This document shows positions 9,249 to 17,691 of a stretch of 64,000 bases of DNA, in pieces (the stretch's first letter is position 1; each line of letters starts with the position of its first letter). The notes beneath the pieces are model-generated. The model saw only the letters and a list, made by a program, of their open reading frames with translations. It was not told where the DNA came from and did not search any database. The translations under genes and the position numbers were made by a program. This DNA is from Ilumatobacteraceae bacterium (GTDB lineage Bacteria > Actinomycetota > Acidimicrobiia > Acidimicrobiales > Ilumatobacteraceae): the NCBI GenBank assembly GCA_017853385.1, contig JAFMJR010000002.1, positions 120 to 64,119 on the forward strand. The letters are read 5' to 3'.

Positions 9249-10432
9249 CGACGCTGCGACACTGAAACTTGTACCGCTTCGTCTGACCGCGCAGAACATC
9301 CAGCCATTTCCTGCAAAGAAACAGTTTCGCTAATCAGTTTTTGAGCGATTGAACTAAACGCTGCAGCAGCTGCTCCATTTTTGGAAAGCACAACTGGTTC
9401 TCCTGTGTCGCTTCCATATGCAACACCTGCCTCTATCGGAATGTTGCCAAGTAATGGTGAGCCAATTTCTTTTGCCAATGCGAGCCCACCGCCATTGCCA
9501 AAGAGTTCATAGGTGTTTCCGTGCTCACAAGTAAATGAAGTCATGTTTTCGATAACTCCAGCAACTCGAAGAAAACTTCGTCTCGCCATGTCGGCTGCGC
9601 GAATAGCAACTTTTTGCGCTGAAACGGCAGGTGTAGTCACGATGACAAGATCGGTGCGCGGCAACATGCGGGCAAGTCCCATCTGCACATCACCTGTTCC
9701 TGGCGGCATATCGATCAATAAGTAATCAAGGTCACCCCAGTGAACATCGTTCAAAAATTGTTCAACCGCTTTAGTCAACATGAGTCCACGCCACATCAAT
9801 GCGGTTCCTTCGTCCTCAACGAGCATTCCAGTTGAAACAACTTTGAGAAGTCCTGTACCAACTACACGTTCATTTGGAATGATGCGTGGTTTGTCGCTTC
9901 CTTCAACACGTTCTGCTTCAAGACGGTCTGGCATGTTCAACATTCGGGGGATTGAAAAACCCCAGATGTCTGCATCGAGGACACCGACGATGTTGCCCTG
10001 TTCGGCAATTGCTGCAGCAAGATTTACCGTGACCGAGCTTTTACCGACTCCACCTTTTCCGCTAGCAATCGCAAGTACGCGAGCATTGATTGGCACTTGG
10101 GTGTCGGTTGCTTGTTCTTTTGCATTCCAGCGTGCACGGGTCATGACTGCGGAACGTTCCTCTGAGGTCATTTCTCCCCAGTCAATGGTTACCTTTGAAA
10201 CGCCAGGGTGAACGAGCACTCGAGATTCAATATCGTTCTTAATCTGAACCCGTAGTGGGCAGCCCTTGATGGTGAGTTTCATGGCAATGGAAACCAGCCC
10301 ATCAGGACTGACTGTGACCTCGCCTGCCATACCCAAATCCACGATGTTGTCGCCAAGTTCGGGGTCCATAACGGCGCGGAGAAGATTGGTTACTTCCTGT
10401 GCAGTTGGTGGTGCCACGCGGGGGCTGGACAT
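9245..10432 (-). CDS. apbC: Mrp/ApbC-type Fe-S cluster carrier ATPase with N-terminal DUF59 domain
   Basis: 395 aa with a DUF59-like N-domain (VMDPELGDNIVDLGM), deviant Walker A ASGKGGVGKSS, and DYLLIDMPPGTGD. Confidence 0.9.
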   Translation of the reverse strand: MSSPRVAPPTAQEVTNLLRAVMDPELGDNIVDLGMAGEVTVSPDGLVSIAMKLTIKGCPLRVQIKNDIESRVLVHPGVSKVTIDWGEMTSEERSAVMTRARWNAKEQATDTQVPINARVLAIASGKGGVGKSSVTVNLAAAIAEQGNIVGVLDADIWGFSIPRMLNMPDRLEAERVEGSDKPRIIPNERVVGTGLLKVVSTGMLVEDEGTALMWRGLMLTKAVEQFLNDVHWGDLDYLLIDMPPGTGDVQMGLARMLPRTDLVIVTTPAVSAQKVAIRAADMARRSFLRVAGVIENMTSFTCEHGNTYELFGNGGGLALAKEIGSPLLGNIPIEAGVAYGSDTGEPVVLSKNGAAAAAFSSIAQKLISETVSLQEMAGCSARSDEAVQVSVSQRR

Positions 10433-10504
10433 AGTTAAAACCTATCTGAATAGCTCAAATTTTGTACTGCTGCGCTCTTTACCAAGCATCAGGTCACAGG
10501 TATC

Positions 10505-10834
10505 ATGACAACCATGATCACTCTTACTGACAATGCAGCAAACAAGGTAAAGCAATTGCTCGAAGCAGAAGGCGCAACCGATTTGGCATTGCGCGTGGCG
10601 GTACGTCCTGGTGGATGTTCAGGGTTTTCTTACGAAATGTTTTTTGATGGTGATTTCACCGCAGAAGATCAGCAACTCACGTTTGGTGATGTGAAAGTTG
10701 TTGTCGACCAGGCATCATCGCAGCTTCTTGTTGGTGCAAGCCTTGACTACCAAGATGGTTTGCAAGACGCAGGTTTCAAGATCAACAACCCAAATGCATC
10801 ACGCACTTGTGGTTGTGGCAACAGCTTCAGCTGA
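10505..10834 (+). CDS. erpA: HesB/IscA-family Fe-S cluster insertion protein
   Basis: 109 aa with GGCSGFSY and a C-terminal CGCGNSF cysteine triad. Confidence 0.9.
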   Translation: MTTMITLTDNAANKVKQLLEAEGATDLALRVAVRPGGCSGFSYEMFFDGDFTAEDQQLTFGDVKVVVDQASSQLLVGASLDYQDGLQDAGFKINNPNASRTCGCGNSFS

Positions 10835-10839
10835 TCTCG

Positions 10840-11715
10840 TTACAACACACCGAGCGCAGCAAATGCTTCGGTGATTTCAACTTCATCAAAGATTGCGTCA
10901 AATCGCTCCAAGACTGCGCCATTTGCATCAGTAATGAATAACGCTGGTTCGTATGTCATGTTCAGTGCTTCAACTGCTGGCGCAACAACCGTTGCTGTGT
11001 CGTCTGTATAAATTTCGGCATGCAACATGGTGATTTTGTCGCCAACTTGTTCGCGTAGCGAAAGCAGTGCATCAAGTGCTGGTGCACACGTGCCGGTTTG
11101 GCAATGGGCGGGTGTGCCAACAAGATAGGCAATAGGTTTGCCGAGGGCGAGTGCTTCGTTCAGTGTGATGTCGTGAAGAGGGCATGGTTCAGGGTTGCGA
11201 GTACACAAAGGATCGATGCCGCGAGAGTTTGACACGGTTGGAGTGTCAAAACCAGGAAGTGTTGAACCGATGAGTGGAATGGACACCGTTGATGGATCCA
11301 TGATTTGCACTCCTGCACCATCTGGTGTGCCACCTTCGATAATCAAGGTGTAAATACCAGTTGCCGCAATGTCAATTCGAAATGGCCAATACGGAGGGTC
11401 AATGTTGGTGTCATGCTTTATTGCTAAGGCATCTTTAGCAATAACTTCTCCTGTATCGGAATTGACCAACGTTGCACGCAACTCAGTTGGCAATTCAACT
11501 CCGCTAGAACTTCCTAATATTCCTGCTTGATTGGCAAGCGAAATGGGAATGCGAACAGATCCCGGTACTAACACCTGGGGAAAGCGCTGAACGATTTCAA
11601 ACAACTCGCTGTCAGTAGCAGTTGAAGATCCTGCACATGCCGTGATCAAACTCAATGAACCTCCCAAACCAAAGGTGGCAAGAGTTCCAGTAACGAATTG
11701 TCGGCGGGAGATCAT
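10840..11715 (-). CDS. Tat-signal lipoprotein of unknown function
   Basis: 291 aa with twin-arginine MISRRQFVTG, a hydrophobic core and lipobox LITAC. The C-terminal third carries HCQTGTCAP, which may mark a thioredoxin-like fold (inference only). Confidence 0.55.
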   Translation of the reverse strand: MISRRQFVTGTLATFGLGGSLSLITACAGSSTATDSELFEIVQRFPQVLVPGSVRIPISLANQAGILGSSSGVELPTELRATLVNSDTGEVIAKDALAIKHDTNIDPPYWPFRIDIAATGIYTLIIEGGTPDGAGVQIMDPSTVSIPLIGSTLPGFDTPTVSNSRGIDPLCTRNPEPCPLHDITLNEALALGKPIAYLVGTPAHCQTGTCAPALDALLSLREQVGDKITMLHAEIYTDDTATVVAPAVEALNMTYEPALFITDANGAVLERFDAIFDEVEITEAFAALGVL

Positions 11716-11726
11716 GCCAACATCGT

Positions 11727-12245
11727 ATGACCCATTTTCAGACCGGCGTAGTCGCCCTATACGCTGGAGATATGGCTACTGCGAAAAAGACTGCGAAAAA
11801 AATTGCAAAGAAGTCGGCAAAAAAGAGTGCTAAGACAGCACCGAAAAAATCTTCGAAATCGGCAGCAAAAAAGTCTGCTGCCCCAGCTAAGTCAACTGCA
11901 CCACTTGGGCCATACACCCCGGTGGTTCGTGCAGGTGATTGGGTCATTGTGTCGGGTCAACTCGGTGTAGTTGATGGAAAAGTGGTGTCGGGTGGCGTTG
12001 CTAAGCAAACCGCTCAAGCAGTTGTAAACCTCAAAGCCCAACTGGCTTCAGTTGGTTGCTCAATTCATGACGTGAAAAAGACCCTGTGCTTTCTTACTGA
12101 CATGGACACGTTTACAACGTTCAATACGGCTTACGTAGCTGGATTTGATGGCAGTCGCCCTGCCCGCAGCACCATCGGCGTTGCTTCACTGCCCTTTGGC
12201 GGAGCTGTGGAGATCGAAGCCTGGGCCTTCAAGCCACTACGGTAA
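11727..12245 (+). CDS. RidA/YjgF-family protein with a Lys/Ala-rich N-terminal extension
   Basis: The core LGPYTPVVRAGDWVIVSGQLG ... VEIEAWA is typical of RidA. It is preceded by MATAKKTAKKIAKKSAKKSAKTAPKKSSKSAAKKSAAPAKSTAP. An alternative start is ATG 11772. Confidence 0.75.
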   Translation: MTHFQTGVVALYAGDMATAKKTAKKIAKKSAKKSAKTAPKKSSKSAAKKSAAPAKSTAPLGPYTPVVRAGDWVIVSGQLGVVDGKVVSGGVAKQTAQAVVNLKAQLASVGCSIHDVKKTLCFLTDMDTFTTFNTAYVAGFDGSRPARSTIGVASLPFGGAVEIEAWAFKPLR

Positions 12246-12250
12246 TTGTC

Positions 12251-12406
12251 ATGCCTGGCGCCGTACTTATTGTTCTCGCACTCATTGGTTTCCCAATTGT
12301 TGTTGGCATGTCCACTGCCGGACTTGCTGCACTGATTGGTTTCTTCCTACACAAGGACGCCGAAACGCGCCACGAGGGTAGCGAACTCGTTGACATCAAC
12401 AACTGA
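12251..12406 (+). CDS. candidate 51-aa small membrane protein
   Basis: This ATG...TGA ORF is below the track cutoff: MPGAVLIVLALIGFPIVVGMSTAGLAALIGFFLHKDAETRHEGSELVDINN. It has two hydrophobic segments plus a charged tail and fills the gap between RidA and the amidohydrolase. There is no clear SD. Confidence 0.3.
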   Translation: MPGAVLIVLALIGFPIVVGMSTAGLAALIGFFLHKDAETRHEGSELVDINN

Positions 12407-13763
12407 TTTACTGATTCGCAATGCGGCTTTGGTCGCAACAGTTGATGAACAGCGAAGAGAAATTTCAGGTGGTTGGGTTGCTATCACCAACGGATTTATT
12501 TCTGGTGTAGGCGAAGCTGGAAGCGAACCTGATGCTGCCCACGTCATTGACGCATCAGACTGTTTAGTAACTCCAGGGTTGATCAACACCCACCACCATT
12601 TGTATCAAAATCTCACTCGCGCGTTTCCGCCGATGACGAACGCCGCTTTATTTGGTTGGCTAAAAACGTTGTATCCACTGTGGAGCACACTGGATGAAGA
12701 GTCGGCACATGTATCTGCATGGGTTGGGTTAGCCGAGCTCGCGCTGTCTGGTTGCACCACTTCAACAGATCATTTATATGTGCATCCTGCCGGTGCAGGA
12801 GATTTGTTGAGCGCTGAAATTTCAGCAGCACAAGACCTTGGCATGCGATTTCATCCAACGCGTGGTTCGATGTCGTTGTCTGAAAAAGATGGAGGTCTGC
12901 CACCAGACAATGTGGTGCAGGATCACGACGTGATCTTGGCGGAATCGCAACGCATGGTGGAAATACACCATGACCGTAATCATGGAGCGATGGTACGAAT
13001 TGCACTTGCACCATGCTCTCCTTTTAGCGTGACTAAAAAGTTGATGATTGAATCTGCAGAGCTGGCAGCGAAATTAGATGTTCGATTGCACACGCACTTC
13101 GCAGAGAATTCGGAAGACGATGATTTTTCGCTGGCAACATTTGGCTGTCGCCCAACGCAGTATTTAGAGGAAGTGGGTTGGTTGAGTAACCGAACATGGG
13201 TGGCACATTGCGTGATGCCAAACCATGACGAAGTACACAAATTGGGTGCCGCCGGAATTGGTGCAGCTCACTGTCCAAGTAGCAATCTCATTTTGTCTTC
13301 AGGAATTTCACCAGTGGTTGAACTTCGCAAAGCGGGGGTTCATGTTGGGCTTGGCGTAGATGGCTCATCATCAGCTGATTCGGCTTCGCTCTGGCTAGAA
13401 GCTCGACAGGCAATGTTGCTTGCAAAATTGCATAGTGGAGCATCGTCTGGAACTGCGCGGATGGCTTTAGAAATTGCAACTCGAGGTGGGGCAGGATGCC
13501 TGGGTCGCATCGGTGAGATAGGCGAAATATCGGTTGGTGCAGTTGGAGATATTGCGGTGTGGTCTCTCACGGGCCCGGCGTTTGCTGGGGCAATTGCAGA
13601 TCCGATTGAGGCATGGTTGCGCTGTGGTCCGATAAGCGCCAAACACACCATTGTCCATGGGAAATCAGTTGTCGAAAATGGACAACTCGTAAGCCACAAA
13701 GTAGATGACATGCTGCGACAACACAGAGCTCTTGCGCACAAAATGCAATCACACATTGGTTAA
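12390..13763 (+). CDS. amidohydrolase-superfamily deaminase (8-oxoguanine deaminase / chlorohydrolase-like)
   Basis: It has the metal-binding GLINTHHHLYQNL motif, HTHFAE, and VGLGVDGSSS. The start is taken as TTG 12390 (TSTTDLLIRNAALV); the track start at 12336 is also TTG. Confidence 0.7.
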   Translation: MTSTTDLLIRNAALVATVDEQRREISGGWVAITNGFISGVGEAGSEPDAAHVIDASDCLVTPGLINTHHHLYQNLTRAFPPMTNAALFGWLKTLYPLWSTLDEESAHVSAWVGLAELALSGCTTSTDHLYVHPAGAGDLLSAEISAAQDLGMRFHPTRGSMSLSEKDGGLPPDNVVQDHDVILAESQRMVEIHHDRNHGAMVRIALAPCSPFSVTKKLMIESAELAAKLDVRLHTHFAENSEDDDFSLATFGCRPTQYLEEVGWLSNRTWVAHCVMPNHDEVHKLGAAGIGAAHCPSSNLILSSGISPVVELRKAGVHVGLGVDGSSSADSASLWLEARQAMLLAKLHSGASSGTARMALEIATRGGAGCLGRIGEIGEISVGAVGDIAVWSLTGPAFAGAIADPIEAWLRCGPISAKHTIVHGKSVVENGQLVSHKVDDMLRQHRALAHKMQSHIG

Positions 13764-13769
13764 GCAGTT

Positions 13770-14351
13770 TTGATTCAGCACGCACTCGTAACGTTTTCTG
13801 CGGTATTTCTGGCAGAACTCCCCGACAAGACAATGTTTGCAACGCTTTTGCTATCAACGCACTTTCGTCGCCGACTTCCAGTTTGGCTTGGAGTCACTGC
13901 TGGGTATGCCTTTCATGTGCTGATCGCAGTTATTTTCGGATCAGCATTATCGCAACTTCCTGAAAAGCCCATTCAGCTGCTTGTCGCCATTTTGTTCATC
14001 GTGGGTGGCGTTTTAACTTGGCGAGCAGGTGATGACGATGATCATGAATCGACAGACAAATGGTCAACTTCAATGTCGAACGCTCGTGTTGCCTACACCG
14101 CAGCGACAGTAATTCTGGTTGCAGAGTTCGGGGATCTCACTCAACTTGCCACTGCGGGTTTTGCAGCACGATTCGGTGATCCGTTTGCAGTTGCGATTGG
14201 CGCGACAGTTGCACTGTCTGCGGTTTCAGGATTGGCTGTTCTTGCTGGTTCGTGGTTGACTTCGAAAGTTCCGCTGCGTGTTATTCAACGCAGCGCTGCA
14301 GCACTGTTTCTAATTATTGGTGCTGCAACATTTGTTTCAGCACTGATTTAG
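13770..14351 (+). CDS. TMEM165/GDT1 (UPF0016) family cation transporter
   Basis: 193 aa in two repeats, each with an E-x-G-D-[KR]-[ST]-like motif (AELPDKT and AEFGDLT). TTG start. Confidence 0.8.
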   Translation: MIQHALVTFSAVFLAELPDKTMFATLLLSTHFRRRLPVWLGVTAGYAFHVLIAVIFGSALSQLPEKPIQLLVAILFIVGGVLTWRAGDDDDHESTDKWSTSMSNARVAYTAATVILVAEFGDLTQLATAGFAARFGDPFAVAIGATVALSAVSGLAVLAGSWLTSKVPLRVIQRSAAALFLIIGAATFVSALI

Positions 14352-15055
14352 CGAGTACCTGCAGACCATTTTGACTGGCCGAAGCGATAGCCAACGCTGC
14401 GCACAGTTTGAATCAGGTTGGCGTGCTCTTCGCCAAGTTTTGCTCGAAGACGTCGAATGTGAACGTCAACAGTGCGTGCTCCTCCGAAATACTCATATCC
14501 CCAAACACGTGACAATAACGTTTCGCGCGAAAATACTTTGCCTGGATTTTGTGCGAGGAATTTCAGTAGTTCGTACTCCATGAAGGTGAGGTCGAGAGCA
14601 TGGCCTCCGAAGGAAGCCTGGTACGTTTCAACGTTGAGGACTAGGCCGCTGTATTCAACGAGTGATTCGCGGTTGCCTTTAATTTCAAACCAAAACAAGT
14701 GACGCAATCGTGCTTCTAACTCACGTGGATGAAATGGTGACAAACAGAAATCGTCGTATAAGTCATCTCGAAGATCTAAATCAGGTAGTTGCCCACCGTT
14801 GACGAGAACCAAGATGCGCTCAACTGGAACATCGCGCTTGCGAAGCGAGCGACACAACGACCAACCACCTTCGGGATCTTCATCGCACATGATGATGGCG
14901 CCAGCCCAGCCTTCTGCAGGCTCGTTTTTCGCGGCTTCATCACTTGAAGAAACAGCCTTCCAACGAAATCCCGCTAAATCAAGCGTGCGCGCCAGATCTA
15001 TTGGGGCAGGCGATGGAAACACCGCAAGCATTTGGGAAAGTCGGTCGCTCGTCAT
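14348..15055 (-). CDS. OmpR/PhoB-type winged-helix regulator with a degenerate (pseudo) receiver domain
   Basis: The C-terminal LTFMEYELLKFLAQNPGKVFSRETLLSRVWGYEYFGGARTVDVHIRRLRAKL...VRSVGYRF is a classic OmpR effector domain. The N-domain lacks the DD acidic pocket and has SPF in place of KPF. Confidence 0.75.
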   Translation of the reverse strand: MTSDRLSQMLAVFPSPAPIDLARTLDLAGFRWKAVSSSDEAAKNEPAEGWAGAIIMCDEDPEGGWSLCRSLRKRDVPVERILVLVNGGQLPDLDLRDDLYDDFCLSPFHPRELEARLRHLFWFEIKGNRESLVEYSGLVLNVETYQASFGGHALDLTFMEYELLKFLAQNPGKVFSRETLLSRVWGYEYFGGARTVDVHIRRLRAKLGEEHANLIQTVRSVGYRFGQSKWSAGTR

Positions 15056-15063
15056 AACGGTGG

Positions 15064-16410
15064 TCAGATAGAGCTCAGGTAGCGGCCTAATTCAAATTCA
15101 CTGATGTGGGTCTTGTACGAACGCCACTCTGCTCGCTTGTTACGCAGGAACCATTCGTAAATGTGATCGCCGAGCGCGTCTGCAACAAGTGATGAATTCT
15201 CCATTACTCGCAGAGCATCGGAGAGTGACTGCGGAAGTTGCTGGATACCCATTTTTTCAAGTGCTGCGTCATCCATCTCAAACAAGTTGGCATCTGCTTC
15301 TGCAGGAAGTTCGTAACCTTGTTCAATTCCGCGCATACCTGCAGCAAGAATGACGGAGAAAGCTAGATATGGGTTACATGCTGGGTCTGGTGATCGATAT
15401 TCAATACGAGTTGCTTGGTCGCTTCCGCGTTTAGGAATTGGCACTCGAATAAGCCCACTGCGGTTATTGCGAGCCCACGAAATATGAACAGGAGCTTCAA
15501 ACCCAGGAACAAGTCGCTTATACGAGTTGATGGTCTGATTGGTGACGGCAGTGATTTCAGCTGCGTGATGTAGCAGTCCTGCCATAAAGCTTTTCGCCGT
15601 AGTCGACAAGTTGTACGGATCATCTGCACTGTGGAAGGCATTGCTTTCGCCTTCGAAAAGCGAAAGATGCAAATGCATTCCGGATCCTTGAATATTTTCA
15701 AGCGGCTTTGGCATAAAAGTTGCATGAACGTTGTGCAGTGCAGCAATTTCTTTTACAACAAATCGGAAAGTCATCACGCTGTCGGCCATGGTGAGCGCAT
15801 CGGTATGGCGAAGGTCAATCTCGTGTTGGCTTGGAGCATCTTCGTGGAAGCTGTATTCAACAGGAATGCTCATGGTCTCAAGCGTGCGAATAGTTTCTTT
15901 GCGCAGCGAACTTGCAATGTCGGTGCTTGTTAAGTCAAAGAACCCGCCTTGGTCTAGAAGCACTGGTTTGTTCGTTCCATCTGGTGGAGCGAAATAGAAG
16001 TATTCGATATCTGGCGCAATATAAAACGAATATCCCTTATCTCGTGCAGCGCTGAGGTTTCGTCGCAACACTTGGCGTGGGTCGCCATTAAATGGTGTTC
16101 CATCAAGTTTTGCAATGTCGCAAAACACACGAGCTTCAGCACCTTTTGAATCTGCCCAGGGAAGTACTTCAAAGGTGTTTGGATCTGGAATCGCAAGCAC
16201 GTCGCTTTCTTGCACGCGGCTGTAACCATCGATTGAAGAGCCATCAAACGACATTCCGTCGTTTAAGGCGTTTTCCATTTCAGCTGGACTGATGGCAAAT
16301 GATTTCAGGTTTCCGAGAACATCGGTAAACCACAGTCGGACCAAGCGAATACCGCGTTCTTCAACGGTGCGCAAGACGTAGTCGCGTTGGTGCTCATGCA
16401 GGGATGACAT
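15064..16410 (-). CDS. glnA: glutamine synthetase, type I
   Basis: 448 aa with FDGSSIDGY, ATFMPKP, GSGMHLHLSL and NNRSGLIRVP. No NLYDLP-type adenylylation Tyr is evident (the sequence has NLFEMD). Confidence 0.9.
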   Translation of the reverse strand: MSSLHEHQRDYVLRTVEERGIRLVRLWFTDVLGNLKSFAISPAEMENALNDGMSFDGSSIDGYSRVQESDVLAIPDPNTFEVLPWADSKGAEARVFCDIAKLDGTPFNGDPRQVLRRNLSAARDKGYSFYIAPDIEYFYFAPPDGTNKPVLLDQGGFFDLTSTDIASSLRKETIRTLETMSIPVEYSFHEDAPSQHEIDLRHTDALTMADSVMTFRFVVKEIAALHNVHATFMPKPLENIQGSGMHLHLSLFEGESNAFHSADDPYNLSTTAKSFMAGLLHHAAEITAVTNQTINSYKRLVPGFEAPVHISWARNNRSGLIRVPIPKRGSDQATRIEYRSPDPACNPYLAFSVILAAGMRGIEQGYELPAEADANLFEMDDAALEKMGIQQLPQSLSDALRVMENSSLVADALGDHIYEWFLRNKRAEWRSYKTHISEFELGRYLSSI

Positions 16411-16437
16411 CTCTACAGTCTGCCTGCATAAATAAAC

Positions 16438-16471
16438 AACGGCACCGAGGAACCGGATCCTCGGTGCCGTT
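16438..16471 (-). terminator. intrinsic terminator after glnII
   Basis: A perfect 13-bp stem (AACGGCACCGAGG / CCTCGGTGCCGTT) with an 8-nt loop. On the minus strand it is followed by GTTTATTTATG. It lies 27 nt upstream of the glnA start. Confidence 0.7.
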
Positions 16472-16499
16472 GAGGCTGTATTTTCGCCTTAGGGGCGAA

Positions 16500-17597
16500 T
16501 TACTTCTTCTTCTTTTTGACCGCTGCCTTCTTCTTTGCAGGAGCCTTCTTTGCGGTTTTCTTTGGAGCCTTTGTGCTGGCCGATGGTGCCTTTGCAGCAC
16601 CACATACTGTTTCCATGATCAATCGGGTCACGACGTATGGGTCAACGTTTGCATTCGGACGGCGGTCTTCTGCATAACCCTTACCGTCGCGTGCAACCTG
16701 CCAAGGAATTCGAACCGAAGCACCACGGTTTGACACGCCATAGCTGAATTTGTCCCATGGAGCAGTTTCGTGTTTGCCAGTGAGACGGCTTTGAATGTCA
16801 TCGCCGTAGTTGTTGACATGTTCCATAACTTTTGAGCCAAGTGCTTCACATGCTGCTTCGATTGCCGCATAGCTTCCGCGCATTGCTTTGGTGGAGAAGT
16901 TGGTATGTGCGCCTGCACCGTTCCAGTCACCCTTTTGTGGTTTCGCTGCATACGAAATCACGACATCGTGATCTTCTGCAATGCGATCAAGCAACCAACG
17001 AGCAACCATCATGTGATCACTTACTGTGAGTGCGTCTGCTGCACCAATTTGGAATTCCCATTGACCAGGCATTACTTCTGCGTTCGTACCTTCAATCATC
17101 AGGCCAGCTTCGATGCAAGCCCAAGTGTGTTCTTCAATGATTTGACGTCCCATTACTCGACCAGCGCCAACGCCGCAGTAGTACGGACCTTGAGGTGCTG
17201 GCTCACCGCCTGCTTCAGGGAATCCATATGGGCGACCATCAAGGCGCATCATGGTGTATTCCTGTTCAATTCCATAAATCATTCCGTGTGCTGCGTACTT
17301 CTTAGAAACTTCTGCACACAATGCGCGAGTGTTTGTCGGGTGTGGCTTCTCGGTTTGCGCAAGCATTACTTCGCACAACACCAAAATGTTTTTTCCGCCA
17401 CGAATTGGGTCTGGACAAGTGAACACTGGCTTCAACATGCAGTCTGATGCGTCACCTGTTGCTTGCTCGGTTGATGAACCATCGAATCCCCAAATTGGAG
17501 GAGTCTTCACGCTGTTGGCGAGAATCTTGGTCTTTGAACGAAGCATTGGAGTTGGCTTATGGCCGTCGATCCAGATGTATTCCGCTTGATATGGCAT
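16500..17597 (-). CDS. glnII: glutamine synthetase, type II, with a Lys-rich C-terminal tail
   Basis: MPYQAEYIWIDG, GPYYCGVGA, NAEVMPGQWEFQIG, GAGAHTNFS and NRGASVRIP are GSII signatures. ATG 17597 is preceded by GGAAGGA. The tail is AAKAPSASTKAPKKTAKKAPAKKKAAVKKKKK. Confidence 0.9.
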   Translation of the reverse strand: MPYQAEYIWIDGHKPTPMLRSKTKILANSVKTPPIWGFDGSSTEQATGDASDCMLKPVFTCPDPIRGGKNILVLCEVMLAQTEKPHPTNTRALCAEVSKKYAAHGMIYGIEQEYTMMRLDGRPYGFPEAGGEPAPQGPYYCGVGAGRVMGRQIIEEHTWACIEAGLMIEGTNAEVMPGQWEFQIGAADALTVSDHMMVARWLLDRIAEDHDVVISYAAKPQKGDWNGAGAHTNFSTKAMRGSYAAIEAACEALGSKVMEHVNNYGDDIQSRLTGKHETAPWDKFSYGVSNRGASVRIPWQVARDGKGYAEDRRPNANVDPYVVTRLIMETVCGAAKAPSASTKAPKKTAKKAPAKKKAAVKKKKK

Positions 17598-17691
17598 TGC
17601 TTTTCCTTCCGGTTGGGAGTTCGGTCCATAACGCCGAGCTCGGGTACCCAAGAAGTATTCATTACGGGGATTTCGCCCCCGTTGCCCAAAT

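Noticed and set aside
11738-11947. 69-aa minus-strand ORF opposite the RidA Lys-rich tail, and similarly 16404-16733 on the plus strand opposite the GlnII tail
   Set aside because: These are complement-strand artefacts of the AAG/AAA-rich tail-coding DNA, which reads as FFA/LLL repeats. The sense-strand enzymes are well supported.
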